A stretch of 32,000 nt of DNA from Microcystis aeruginosa NIES-843 (GTDB lineage: Bacteria > Cyanobacteriota > Cyanobacteriia > Cyanobacteriales > Microcystaceae): assembly GCF_000010625.1 (NCBI RefSeq), contig NC_010296.1:1080001-1112000 (forward strand), written 5' to 3'. The notes under the pieces were generated by a model, which was not told where the DNA came from, made no database searches, and saw only the letters and a program-made list of their open reading frames with translations. Both the position numbers and the translations under genes were made by a program. Each line of letters begins with the position of its first letter. Position 1 is the stretch's first letter. Shown here in pieces: positions 1 through 11,600 of this stretch.

Positions 1-1182
1 AGCATTGGCTTCCACAAGAGGAACGTGCTTATAGGCGGCCGTGTGATAAATTGTCTCAATCTGGTGTTGTTGGATGACTCGGGCCAGATGATTGCGGTCG
101 AGAACATTGCCTAAATAGGCATACTTGCGTAAATCGCTATAATTTTCGCTTAAATCGAGATCGATTTTGTAGAGGGAAAACTCATTTAATTCGTAGATTA
201 CCAAGCATTTTGGCTTGAGGAAGGCGATTTGTCGGCATAATTCCGAACCGATGGAACCACCACCCCCGGTGACTAACACCGCTTTACCCGTGACATTTTT
301 TGCCAAAAGTTCGGGATGGGGTAGAATTTCTTCCCGTCCTAATAATTCCGAGACATCGACACTGCGAATCTGATTGATGGCCGCTTCTCCCGATAAAATT
401 TTTGAGAGGGGAGGGACGGTTTTGATGACGATGGGTAAAGTTTCTAGACTTTCGATGATTTGCCGCTTTTTGGCCTTGGCTACATTCGGAATAGCGAGAA
501 CAACCCAGTCAAAGGCCCGTTTTTGGTGCAGTAGTGCCAATTGAGAGGGGGGATAAACCCTAATGCCTTGGACCACTCGCTGCTGCAAATCGGGATTATC
601 ATCAACAAAAGCTAATAAACGATAGTGGGGGTCATTTTGCAGGGAACGTGCCAATTGACAACCCACAATCCCCGCACCATAGATAACAATTGTCGGTTCT
701 CTATCCACACTACTGATGTAAATATTCAGACGGTGAAAGACAGAACGAATCAACAATCTCACCCCGATAACCAATACTAGGGTTAACAAGGCGTCGATAA
801 TCAGGACTGAACGCGGCAAAAAGGCATCCCTTTGAAAGTAGGCAAGACTGATTAAAACCCCTGAACTATAGAGGACTGCTTGCAGTACGGAGGAAAGAAA
901 CTCTAATCCTGTATAACGTACTACGGGACTGTAAATACCTTTGAGATAGAAAACTAGAGTTTTAATGGCGATTAAACCGAATATTTCCCCTAAAAAAGGT
1001 CTAATTTCCTGATATTCGAGGCTCAGATTAAATCTGAGAGAGAAGGCCAGATAGATGCTTAGACAAAAAATCAGGCCATCGGTGATAATTAGAAGAGATC
1101 GCTTCGATGACCTAGATAGGGAATTAGCCAATTTAAGGATTTTGTTCGCCAGTTTTCTATACATCATCTGGGGTAAGCTCAT
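1..1182 (-). CDS. Polysaccharide biosynthesis protein, CapD/WbpM/PglF-like membrane-anchored NDP-sugar dehydratase/epimerase (first 394 codons; C-terminus lies beyond the window start)
   Basis: Missing from the ORF track because it runs off the window edge. Manual reverse-strand translation starts at the ATG (complement of 1180-1182): MSLPQMMYRKLANKILKLANSLSRSSKRSLLIITDGLIFCLSIYLAFSLRFNL... It shows several hydrophobic segments, then Rossmann-type motifs IVIYGAGIVGCQLARSL and GKAVLVTGGGGSIGSELCRQI, then IYHTAAYKHVPLVEANA at position 1. The frame is exact (1182 = 3 x 394). Confidence 0.8.
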   Translation of the reverse strand, partial: MSLPQMMYRKLANKILKLANSLSRSSKRSLLIITDGLIFCLSIYLAFSLRFNLSLEYQEIRPFLGEIFGLIAIKTLVFYLKGIYSPVVRYTGLEFLSSVLQAVLYSSGVLISLAYFQRDAFLPRSVLIIDALLTLVLVIGVRLLIRSVFHRLNIYISSVDREPTIVIYGAGIVGCQLARSLQNDPHYRLLAFVDDNPDLQQRVVQGIRVYPPSQLALLHQKRAFDWVVLAIPNVAKAKKRQIIESLETLPIVIKTVPPLSKILSGEAAINQIRSVDVSELLGREEILPHPELLAKNVTGKAVLVTGGGGSIGSELCRQIAFLKPKCLVIYELNEFSLYKIDLDLSENYSDLRKYAYLGNVLDRNHLARVIQQHQIETIYHTAAYKHVPLVEANA

Positions 1183-1727
1183 CTAAATTAGTATAAAGTG
1201 TACTTGACAAATTATAATCATTTCAGATGGTTCTGATACGCTCTAGACCGATGAAAACCTTATAAACTCTGGCATTGATATTCTCAATCTCAATTGACTA
1301 CATAATCAAGTTCTAATCTCAAACAAGAACAGGAGCAAGAAAAAACAGCAAAAGGTTTTGGCTTTTAAAATGACTGGTTGAGACAAGCAGGGGTAGCAGA
1401 CGGGGGGAGGAAGCTGGCAGATATTTATCCTGCAATTCAATCTTGACAGACCACTAAGTATTTCTCACCCAAAAGTAGATTCGTCGCTCTTGCCTTTAAG
1501 CTGTTGACTATCTAAATTACTCGTTAAGACTGCACCGGAGTTGGGAGTGCCGAGGAGGGAGGTCGATCATTTGTTCTAAAATTTTCCCTAGGCAGTTTCA
1601 ATGCAATACAGATCACCAGCTTTTCATCGCTGGCAAAAAATTTTTTGCTCCCGCAAACTAGCCGATAAATGACCGCTAGTCAAGGGTTACAATCAAGAAT
1701 TGATACAAAAATTTATCGAGTCAAGTT

Positions 1728-3239
1728 ATGAGTAATCAGTACGATGCGATCGTGATTGGGTCGGGAATCGGGGGATTGGTGACAGCGACACAATTAGCGG
1801 CAAAAGGAGCAAAAGTCTTAGTTCTAGAGAGTTATCTGATCCCGGGGGGCAGCGCGGGTTATTTTGAACGAGAGGGTTATCGTTTTGATGTGGGTGCTTC
1901 GATGATTTTTGGTTTTGGCAAAAAGGGGACGACTAACCTCCTAACCAAAGCTTTGGCAGCGGTGGATATGAGTATCGAAACCATTGCCGATCCCGTCCAG
2001 ATCCATTATCATCTCCCGGACGGATTAGACCTAAAAGTTCATCGCGACTACGAACAATTTTTACAGGAATTAATTAGCCATTTTCCCGCAGAAAAAACCG
2101 GTATCCGGCGCTTTTACGATGAATGCTGGCAGGTGTTTAATTGTCTCAATAGTATGGATTTACTATCGCTGGAAGAACCCCGCTATCTGACTAGGGTTTT
2201 TTTCCAGCATCCTTTATCCTGTTTGGGATTGGTCAAGTATTTACCCCAAAATGCGGGAGATGTGGCCAGAAAATATATTAAAGACCCGAAATTATTGAAA
2301 TTTATCGATATGGAATGTTATTGTTGGTCGGTAGTACCCGCCGATCGCACTCCGATGATTAATGCGGGAATGGTCTTTAGCGATCGCCATTACGGTGGAA
2401 TTAACTATCCTCGAGGGGGAGTGGGACAGATTGCTCTCAAGTTAGTCGCGGGATTGGAAAAAGCTGGTGGTGAAATCCAGTATCAAGCGAGAGTGAATAA
2501 GATTATTTTAGATGCGGGACGAGCGATCGGGGTAAGATTGACCAATGGTAAGGAATATTACGCTAAAAAGATTGTTTCTAATGCCACCCGTTGGGATACC
2601 TTCGAGAAACTACTCCCCCCGGAATCTCTCCCCGGCAGCGAAAAAAAATGGCAAAAACGCTATCAAAAATCCCCCAGTTTCCTGAGTTTGCATCTGGGAG
2701 TTAAGGCCGATGTATTACCATCAGGAAGCGAATGTCACCATATTTTACTAGAAGATTGGGAAAATATGGAAGCAGAACAGGGAACTATCTTTGTTTCTAT
2801 TCCTACCTTACTCGATCCCTCCCTCGCACCCCCGGACCATCATATCATTCATGCTTTCACCCCTAGCTGGATTGATCAATGGCAAAAACTGCCCCCCCAA
2901 GAATATCAACAGAAAAAAGAGGCCGCTGCTCATCGTCTCATCGAGCGCCTGAAAAAACTCTTTCCCAAACTAGATACAGGATTAGATTATATCGAAATTG
3001 GCACGGCTCGCACCCATCGCCGCTTTTTGAATAGAATCGATGGCAGTTACGGCCCAATACCGCGAAGAAAACTGTTAGGTTTATTAGGAATGCCTTTTAA
3101 TCGTACAGCTATTCCTAATCTTTATTGTGTGGGAGATAGTACCTTCCCGGGTCAAGGATTAAACGCGGTGGCCTTTTCTGGTTTTGCTTGCAGTCATCGT
3201 CTAGCGGTAGATCTCGGTTTACCTACTCGCAGAGATTAA
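1728..3239 (+). CDS. crtH: Carotenoid cis-trans isomerase (CRTISO/CrtH family, FAD-dependent)
   Basis: 503-aa ORF. The N-terminal dinucleotide-binding motif is [30 protein letters not shown]. The stretch [30 protein letters not shown] and the length match the cyanobacterial/plant prolycopene isomerase pattern as I recall it. Confidence 0.8.
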   Translation: MSNQYDAIVIGSGIGGLVTATQLAAKGAKVLVLESYLIPGGSAGYFEREGYRFDVGASMIFGFGKKGTTNLLTKALAAVDMSIETIADPVQIHYHLPDGLDLKVHRDYEQFLQELISHFPAEKTGIRRFYDECWQVFNCLNSMDLLSLEEPRYLTRVFFQHPLSCLGLVKYLPQNAGDVARKYIKDPKLLKFIDMECYCWSVVPADRTPMINAGMVFSDRHYGGINYPRGGVGQIALKLVAGLEKAGGEIQYQARVNKIILDAGRAIGVRLTNGKEYYAKKIVSNATRWDTFEKLLPPESLPGSEKKWQKRYQKSPSFLSLHLGVKADVLPSGSECHHILLEDWENMEAEQGTIFVSIPTLLDPSLAPPDHHIIHAFTPSWIDQWQKLPPQEYQQKKEAAAHRLIERLKKLFPKLDTGLDYIEIGTARTHRRFLNRIDGSYGPIPRRKLLGLLGMPFNRTAIPNLYCVGDSTFPGQGLNAVAFSGFACSHRLAVDLGLPTRRD

Positions 3240-3401
3240 AAGCTGAAAATCAGGATTTTCACCTGCGAATTCTGAAACGGGAAGGTAACACTTGACAGCG
3301 TTTCTCAGATAGATGAGGTGCATTTTTGCGACTGGAGTTTTTACTTCGGCAAGGTTTAATTCATACGTCACCTTGACGAGAAACGCTGTAGATCGGTTTT
3401 G

Positions 3402-3456
3402 CTGATAACTGATAACTGAAGACTGAAGACTGATAACTGATAACTGATAACTGATG
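3402..3456. repeat. Heptamer tandem array (CTGATAA x2, CTGAAGA x2, CTGATAA x3, CTGATG)
   Basis: Read directly from the sequence. The unit boundaries fall every 7 nt from 3402. The last partial unit supplies the ATG at 3454 of the downstream ORF. Confidence 0.9.
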
Positions 3457-5133
3457 CTTACTCCCTTTGATTCCCCCAAATCTTTACATTGGCAGCAAAG
3501 CTTGCGAGCGCCGATTGTTCGTCAATTGGAGATATTTGGCTTTACAATGCAGTTTTTGACTTTTTTGCTCTGGGATCGTTTAACGGGGGCTAATAGGGGC
3601 AAAAAACGGCAAAGGAGAGCGAAATGGTTAGTAGATCGCCTCATTAATTTGGGACCAACTTTTATTAAAATTGGGCAATCTTTATCGACGCGAGCAGATT
3701 TAATTCCGCTCGAATATATCGAACAATTAACCCAATTACAGGATCGAGTTACCGAATTTAATAGTCAAGAAGCGATCCGAGTTATTGAAACAGAATTAGG
3801 ACAAACCCTAGATAATTTATTTGCAAGTTTTAGCGTGTCTCCCCTCGCTTGTGCCAGTTTAGGACAAGTGCATCGAGCGCGGTTATTAGGTGGGGAAGAG
3901 GTCGTTATTAAGGTACAAAGACCGAATCTAGAAGGACTATTTAATCTCGATTTTGAAGTGTTGCATCGTCTCACCCGTTGGTTAAATATTTTCCCCGTGG
4001 TGAAAAAATATAATTTAGAAGCTATCTACCAAGAATTCTTTGAGCTACTCTTTCAAGAAATCGATTATATTCATGAGGGCAAAAATGCCGATCGCTTTCG
4101 GGAAAATTTTAAGAATTATCCTCAAGTAAAAGTCCCTTTAGTTTACTGGCAATATACCACCCGCAGGGTATTAACTTTGGAGTATGTGCCGGGGATTAAA
4201 GTGGATGATCGAGAGACTTTACTAGCTAACGGTATTAATGTAGATGGGATTATTCAACTGGGGATCTGTTCCTATCTCAAACAACTATTACAGGATGGTT
4301 TTTTTCAATCGGATCCCCATCCGGGTAATATGGCAGTCAGTCAGGAAGGGGAGTTAATTTTCTACGATTTCGGCACGATGTTCGAGTTAAAGTCCGTCGC
4401 TAAAGATCAAATGATTGAAACCTTTTTCGCTATCTTGAGAAAGGATACGGAAACAGTCTTAAAAACCTTGATGTATATGGGGTTAATTGAACCCGTTAGA
4501 GAGCTGCAACCCGTGCGAAATATCGTGCAGTTTCTCTTAGATGAATTTCGCGATAAACCAGTAGATGTGAGGGCCTTTGAACAAATTAGCGATCAAGTGT
4601 ATTTAATGTTTAAACAGCAACCTTTTCGCTTACCTCCCCAAATGACTTTTATTATTAAATCTGTCACCACTTTGGATGGGATTGCCCGCTCTTTAGATCC
4701 CCAGTATAATTTATTAGCAGCTAGTCAACCTTTTGTGAAAAGTCTAGCGGTATCGGGAGGAACTACCAACACAATGCTTACCCTAGCTAATCAAGCGCGC
4801 ACTTTTCTTAAACAACAATGGCAAAAAGGTAATAAAAACCAGAGAATGATCCGTCAATTAGAGGAAAAAATCGAGCGAGGAAATTTAGTTTTTCAAGTTA
4901 AGTCACGGGAAAATGAACGACTTCTGAAAAGAATTTATCTGGGAATTAAAATATTAATTAATGTCTGTCTATTGGGATTTAGCCTTATCTCAGCCATATT
5001 TTTATTAGACAGCAACTATAGCAAACTGGCCATTATTCCCTTCAGTTTAGCTGGGTTATTTGCTTTATTTTTTCTGCGTTCTTCCATGGCTTTATTGATT
5101 CAGGAAAGATTAGATAAAATGTTAGAAAAGTAA
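3454..5133 (+). CDS. ABC1/UbiB-family atypical protein kinase (AarF domain) with C-terminal membrane helices
   Basis: 559-aa ORF. Family motifs present: LGPTFIKIGQSLSTRADLIPLEYIEQLTQLQDRV, ASLGQVHRA, VIKVQRP, DPHPGN, FYDFG. The hydrophobic C-terminus is LINVCLLGFSLISAIFLL / IIPFSLAGLFALFFL. Confidence 0.85.
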   Translation: MLTPFDSPKSLHWQQSLRAPIVRQLEIFGFTMQFLTFLLWDRLTGANRGKKRQRRAKWLVDRLINLGPTFIKIGQSLSTRADLIPLEYIEQLTQLQDRVTEFNSQEAIRVIETELGQTLDNLFASFSVSPLACASLGQVHRARLLGGEEVVIKVQRPNLEGLFNLDFEVLHRLTRWLNIFPVVKKYNLEAIYQEFFELLFQEIDYIHEGKNADRFRENFKNYPQVKVPLVYWQYTTRRVLTLEYVPGIKVDDRETLLANGINVDGIIQLGICSYLKQLLQDGFFQSDPHPGNMAVSQEGELIFYDFGTMFELKSVAKDQMIETFFAILRKDTETVLKTLMYMGLIEPVRELQPVRNIVQFLLDEFRDKPVDVRAFEQISDQVYLMFKQQPFRLPPQMTFIIKSVTTLDGIARSLDPQYNLLAASQPFVKSLAVSGGTTNTMLTLANQARTFLKQQWQKGNKNQRMIRQLEEKIERGNLVFQVKSRENERLLKRIYLGIKILINVCLLGFSLISAIFLLDSNYSKLAIIPFSLAGLFALFFLRSSMALLIQERLDKMLEK

Positions 5134-5253
5134 ATAGGGTTGGCGGCAAAAAGTTTGTTGGTGGGGTTAGTCAGCAAACCCTATAAGGTATTTGGCGATT
5201 TTTGTCAATTGTTTTTAATCTAGAACGAACTAATCAATTAAGTCTTTTGCCAG

Positions 5254-5367
5254 ATAAGGATTTAGTCGATTTATGCCCCCCGATCGAACCATACCAAGCA
5301 ACGAAGAACCATAAGGATTTAGCCGATTTCTGCCCCCTGATCGAACCATACCAAGTAACGAAGAACC
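5254..5367. repeat. 57-bp tandem duplication (2 copies: 5254-5310, 5311-5367)
   Basis: ATAAGGATTTAG(T/C)CGATTT(A/C)TGCCCCC(C/T)GATCGAACCATACCAAG(C/T)AACGAAGAACC is read twice back to back with 4 mismatches. Confidence 0.9.
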
Positions 5368-5384
5368 GTTATAATTAATGGTAA

Positions 5385-5435
5385 ATAATAAATTTAGCCC
5401 CAGGGCAGAAAGGTTGGGCTTGTCCTTTTCCCTAA
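5385..5435 (+). promoter_or_regulatory. Conserved 51-nt leader element, copy 1 (terminator-like hairpin + T-run) upstream of giant gene 1
   Basis: Near-identical to 14243-14293, while the flanking spacers are unrelated. The stem AGCCC.A / T.GGGCT has one mismatch and is followed by GTCCTTTTCCC. Confidence 0.5.
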
Positions 5436-5658
5436 TGGGACTTAGACAAAAAACAAATCGAGAAAAGCCGCAACTCCAATCCCCGCTTGGGATTTACTTC
5501 GAGAAGCCCAAAATCGCTGAAACCCAGATATATCAAGGGAAAATCATAAATCGAGGTTAACCCTTTGTCCCGTAATGGTTTGAGCCTTTTTTGCTTACCG
5601 AAAACGCCTAAGTCCCACTAACCATGAAAACAACACAAGTAAGCTCCGATTTACATAT

Positions 5659-8600
5659 ATGCCATCTCTAGCAGATTCTTTGAGTTTTGATGGAGCCTTC
5701 CCAATCACGGCTGATTTAACAGGTTCTGGGGATTTAAGTGTATCCATCGAAACCCCTCCCTTAGGAGTCCTGAACTCTAACTCCTCCCCATCTACAGTAT
5801 CCTCTGAGGCCCCCACGGTTTCAGCCTCCCCTACTGCTAAGAGTTCCCCATTGTTTCCCGCTCCTCTTAGTATTAACTCTTCTCGTTATTCCACCAGTCC
5901 AGGGTTGGGTCTTGCCTCTGTACCCGCCGCTGCCCCCGTCACCACCAGTCCAGGGTTGGGTCTTGCCTCTGTACCCACCGCTGCCCCCGTCACCTCAGAG
6001 CTAGAACCGGCAGCAACTAGGACTCTTGCCCCCCATGCTCCCAATCAACTCATTGTCAAGTTTAAGCAGGGGATCGCCAGTGCCCAAGTTGCTCAGTTTC
6101 AGTCCCTCTTTGGTGCTGTCAGAACCCAGACGATTAAACTGACGGGGGCGCAGGTTTGGAAGTTATCCGGGTCGCTCTCTGTGGAGAAGATTCTGGCACA
6201 ATATCGCTCCAATCCGATTTTTGAATACATTGAACCCGACTATATTCGGACGGTGGGTGCATTTACTCCCCAGGCCACATTCCCCAATTACCCCAGTTTT
6301 AATCAACTTTGGGGACTGCATAACACCGGACAAAATGGTGGTACTCCCGATGCCGATATTGATGCCCCTGAAGCCTGGGATATTCAGACCGGCAATCCTA
6401 ATTTAGTGATTGGGGTTATTGATACGGGGGTGGACTACAATCACCAAGACCTAGTTGGCAACATCTGGACAAACCCAGGGGAAATTGCCAACGACGGCAT
6501 TGACAACGATGGCAATGGCTACATTGATGACATTCGCGGTTGGGACTTTGCCTATAACGACAATAACCCCAGTGATGTTTATGGTCACGGAACCCATGTT
6601 TCGGGAACCATTGCTGGCAAAGGAAATAATGGGGTAGGCGTGACGGGGGTGGCTTGGAATGCCAAAATCATGCCGCTGAAGTTTTTGAATGATCAAGGAT
6701 CAGGCTCTACCTCCAATGCCATTAAGGCAATTAACTATGCGACGGCCAAAGGAGTTAAGCTCACCAATAATTCCTGGGGAGGCGGCGGTTTTAGTCAAGC
6801 GCTCTACGATGCGATTAACGCGGCGGGTCAGGCGGGGGCTTTATTTATTGCGGCGGCTGGTAATAGTTCGGCTAACGCCGATATCAATCCCATGTATCCC
6901 GCTGCCTACAACCTTGCCAACATTATTTCGGTTGCGTCCACCACCCGCACCGATGCTCTCTCGTCGTTTTCCAACTATGGCTTAACCAGCGTAGATTTAG
7001 GCGCACCTGGTTCAGACATTTACAGCACCACTCCCAACAATAACTATGCCACCTATTCAGGGACATCCATGGCCAGTCCCCATGTAACTGGGGCGGCGGC
7101 TTTATTGTGGTCACAAAATCCTACTTGGACAGCCCAACAGGTGAAAAACACCTTAATGAACACGGGCGACCCCCTGGCATCCCTTGCCGGTAAAACGGTT
7201 TCTGGTAAGCGGCTCAATGTTTTTAATGCTTTGGGGGCTAACTTACCTTCTGTCACCGTCAGTGTCAGCCCGGCCAGTGTGCAGGAAGACGGTACGACTA
7301 ACTTGGTTTATACCTTTACTCGCACTAACTTAAACCTGAGTTCTCCCCTGACCGTTAACTTCGGGGCGAGTGGCATAGCCAACGCCGCCCCGGTGGGAAG
7401 CGACCCAGCCGATTACAACGTATTAACAGGTAGTGGTGTCATCTTCGACCCGACGACGAAATTGGGAACCGTCACTTTTGCCGCCGGTGCGACAACGGCA
7501 ACGGTCGTGGTTGATCCGATTGCTGACACCGTACAGGAAAACAGCGAATCAGTTATTTTAACCGTCAATTCTGGGACGGGCTACATTGATGGTTCTCCTA
7601 ATACAGCAACGGGAACTATTATTTCTGAGGAAGGGTTTACCACCTACTTCTCGGATGATTTTGCCAATAACACGAAGGGTTGGACTCTGGGGAAAGAATG
7701 GCAAATCGGTGCCGCCACAACTTCTACAGGTCAAAATTATGGGAACCCTGATCCCGGAACGGACAATACTCCCACAGCCGATAATGGTGTAGCTGGGGTT
7801 GTTATTGGTGGAAATGCCTCTACAGCCTTGCACGGCTTCTATTATTTAACCAGTCCGGTTATCAACACCAGCACCGCTAATAAGCTGTTCTTTGAATTTG
7901 CCCGTTGGCTCAATAGTGACTACACTCCCTTTGTGCAGAACAAAGTTGAGATCTTCAACGGTTCTAGCTGGGTCAATCTTTTGCCTAACAATTTCGACGA
8001 GGCTCCAGGAGTCCAAGATAACGCTTGGACCCCTCAACAATTTGATATTAGTGCCTACAAGAGTGCCTCAACTCAAATTCGTTTCGGGTTCAATGTTGGT
8101 AGCACTGATGTATTTACAGTAAGTTCGTGGAACCTTGATGATGTCAAAATCTATGGTGATGGGGGGATTACGACAAAATCAATCTCGATCGCCAAAACCA
8201 CCGATGGTAAGGAAGCAGGTTCAGTAAGCAGTGTCTTTACCCTCACCCGCACCGGCGACCTCTCCAGTGCCTTAACGGTTAACTACACCCTGGCGGGTAC
8301 TGCTACCCTCGGCAGCGACTACAATGACCCTGGAGCCGGCAAAGCCACCTTTGCGGCAGGTTCCTCCAAAGCCACCATCATCCTGCCCACCATAGATGAT
8401 AGTGTGGTAGATCCCAGTGAAACCATCATCACCAAAATTACCGCCCCCACCGGCTACACTATTAGTGGACCTGACACGGCGACGGCGACAATCATCGATG
8501 ACGACCTTGGCACCCTCACTCTGGGGAAAACCACCGATGGTAAGGAAGCAGGTTTAGTAAGCAGTGTCTTTACCCTCACCCGCACCGGCGACCTCTCCAG

Positions 8601-11600
8601 TGCCTTAACGGTTAACTACACCCTGGCGGGTACTGCTACCCTCGGCAGCGACTACAATGACCCCAGTTTAGGCCAAGCCACCTTTGTGGCAGGTTCCCCC
8701 ACTGCTACCATCACTCTGCCCACCATAGATGATAGTGTGGTAGATCCCAGTGAAACCATCATCACCAAAATTACCGCCCCCACCGGCTACACTATTAGTG
8801 GACCCGACACGGCGACGGCGACAATCATCGATGACGACCTTGGCACCCTCACTCTGGGGAAAACCACCGATGGTAAGGAAGCCGGTTTAGTAAGCAGTGT
8901 CTTTACCCTCACCCGCACCGGCGACCTCTCCAGTGCCTTAACGGTTAACTACACCCTGGCGGGTACTGCTACCCTCGGCAGCGACTACAATGACCCCAGT
9001 TTAGGCCAAGCCACCTTTGTGGCAGGTTCCCCCACTGCTACCATCACTCTGCCCACCATAGATGATAGTGTGGTAGATCCCAGTGAAACCATCATCACCA
9101 AAATTACCGCCCCCACCGGCTACACTATTAGTGGACCCGACACGGCTACGGCGACAATCATCGATGACGACCTTGGCACCCTCACTCTGGGGAAAACCAC
9201 CGATGGTAAGGAAGCCGGTTTAGTAAGCAGTGTCTTTACCCTCACCCGCACCGGCGACCTCTCCAGTGCCTTAACGGTTAACTACACCCTGGCGGGTACT
9301 GCTACCCTCGGCAGCGACTACAATGACCCCAGTTTAGGCCAAGCCACCTTTGCGGCAGGTTCCCCCACTGCTACCATCACTCTGCCCACCATAGATGATA
9401 GTGTGGTAGACCCCAGTGAAACCATCATCACCACAATTACCGCCCCCACCGGCTACACTATTAGTGGACCTGACACGGCGACGGCGACAATCATCGATGA
9501 CGACCTTGGCACCCTCACTCTGGGGAAAACCACCGATGGTAAGGAAGCAGGTTTAGTAAGCAGTGTCTTTACCCTCACCCGCACCGGCGACCTCTCCAGT
9601 GCCTTAACGGTTAACTACACCCTGGCGGGTACTGCTACCCTCGGCAGCGACTACAATGACCCCAGTTTAGGCCAAGCCACCTTTGCGGCAGGTGCGGACA
9701 AAGCCACCATCATCCTGCCCACCACCGACGATATTGTGGTAGACCCCAGTGAAACCATCATCACCACAATTACCGCCCCCACCGGCTACACTATCAGTGG
9801 ACCCGACACGGCGACGGCGACAATCATCGATGACGACCTTGGCACCCTCACTCTGGGGAAAACCACCGATGGTAAGGAAGCCGGTTTAGTAAGCAGTGTC
9901 TTTACCCTCACCCGCACCGGCGACCTCTCCAGTGCCTTAACGGTTAACTACACCCTGGCGGGTACTGCTACCCTCGGCAGCGACTACAATGACCCCAGTT
10001 TAGGCCAAGCCACCTTTGCGGCAGGTGCGGACAAAGCCACCATCATCCTGCCCACCATAGATGATAGTGTGGTAGACCCCAGTGAAACCATCATCACCAC
10101 AATTACCGCCCCCACCGGCTACACTATTAGTGGACCCGACACGGCGACGGCGACAATCATCGATGACGACCTTGGCACCCTCACTCTGGGGAAAACCACC
10201 GATGGTAAGGAAGCAGGTTTAGTAAGCAGTGTCTTTACCCTCACCCGCACCGGCGACCTCTCCAGTGCCTTAACCGTCACCTACACCCTGGCGGGTACTG
10301 CTACCCTCGGCAGCGACTACAATGACCCCAGTTTAGGCCAAGCCACCTTTGTGGCAGGTTCCCCCACTGCTACCATCACTCTGCCCACCATAGATGATAG
10401 TGTGGTAGATCCCAGTGAAACCATCATCACCAAAATTACCGCCCCCACCGGCTACACTATTAGTGGACCCGACACGGCGACGGCGACAATCATCGATGAC
10501 GACCTTGGCACCCTCACTCTGGGGAAAACCACCGATGGTAAGGAAGCAGGTTTAGTAAGCAGTGTCTTTACCCTCACCCGCACCGGCGACCTCTCCAGTG
10601 CCTTAACGGTTAACTACACCCTGGCGGGTACTGCTACCCTCGGCAGCGACTACAATGACCCCAGTTTAGGCCAAGCCACCTTTGCGGCAGGTGCGGACAA
10701 AGCCACCATCATCCTGCCCACCACCGACGATATTGTGGTAGACCCCAGTGAAACCATCATCACCACAATTACCGCCCCCACCGGCTACACTATTAGTGGA
10801 CCCGACACGGCGACGGCGACAATCATCGATGACGACCTTGGCACCCTCACTCTGGGGAAAACCACCGACGGTAAGGAAGCAGGTTCAGTAAGCAGTGTCT
10901 TTACCCTCACCCGCACCGGCGACCTCTCCAGTGCCTTAACGGTTAACTACACCCTGGCGGGTACTGCTACCCTCGGCAGCGACTACAATGACCCCAGTTT
11001 AGGCCAAGCCACCTTTGTGGCAGGTTCCCCCACTGCTACCATCACTCTGCCCACCATAGATGATATTGTGGTAGACCCCAGTGAAACCATCATCACCAAA
11101 ATTACCGCCCCCACCGGCTACACTATCAGTGGACCCGACACGGCGACGGCGACAATCATCGATGACGACCTTGGCACCCTCACTCTGGGGAAAACCACCG
11201 ATGGTAAGGAAGCCGGTTCAGTGAGCAGTGTCTTTACCCTCACCCGCACCGGCGACCTCTCCAGTGCCTTAACGGTTAACTACACCCTGGCGGGTACTGC
11301 TACCCTCGGCAGCGACTACAATGACCCCAGTTTAGGCCAAGCCACCTTTGCGGCAGGTGCGGACAAAGCCACCATCATCCTGCCCACCACCGACGATATT
11401 GTGGTAGACCCCAGTGAAACCATCATCACCACAATTACCGCCCCCACCGGCTACACTATTAGTGGACCCGACACGGCGACGGCGACAATCATCGATGACG
11501 ACCTTGGCACCCTCACTCTGGGGAAAACCACCGATGGTAAGGAAGCCGGTTTAGTAAGCAGTGTCTTTACCCTCACCCGCACCGGCGACCTCTCCAGTGC

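Noticed and set aside
3219-3479. 86-aa minus-strand ORF, and the similar 101-aa ORF at 21815-22120
   Set aside because: Both are held open by heptamer arrays (translations ISYQLSVISLQSSVISYQ and PHPTPYTPHPTP). They overlap the ends of real genes. They are repeat artefacts.
5378-5560. 60-aa ORF covering the conserved leader element, considered as a real small protein or leader peptide
   Set aside because: Only the first ~18 codons are shared with the counterpart at 14239 (a 30-codon ORF). The conserved part coincides with an RNA hairpin, and the substitutions look structure-related. I report it as a leader element instead and leave the peptide possibility open.
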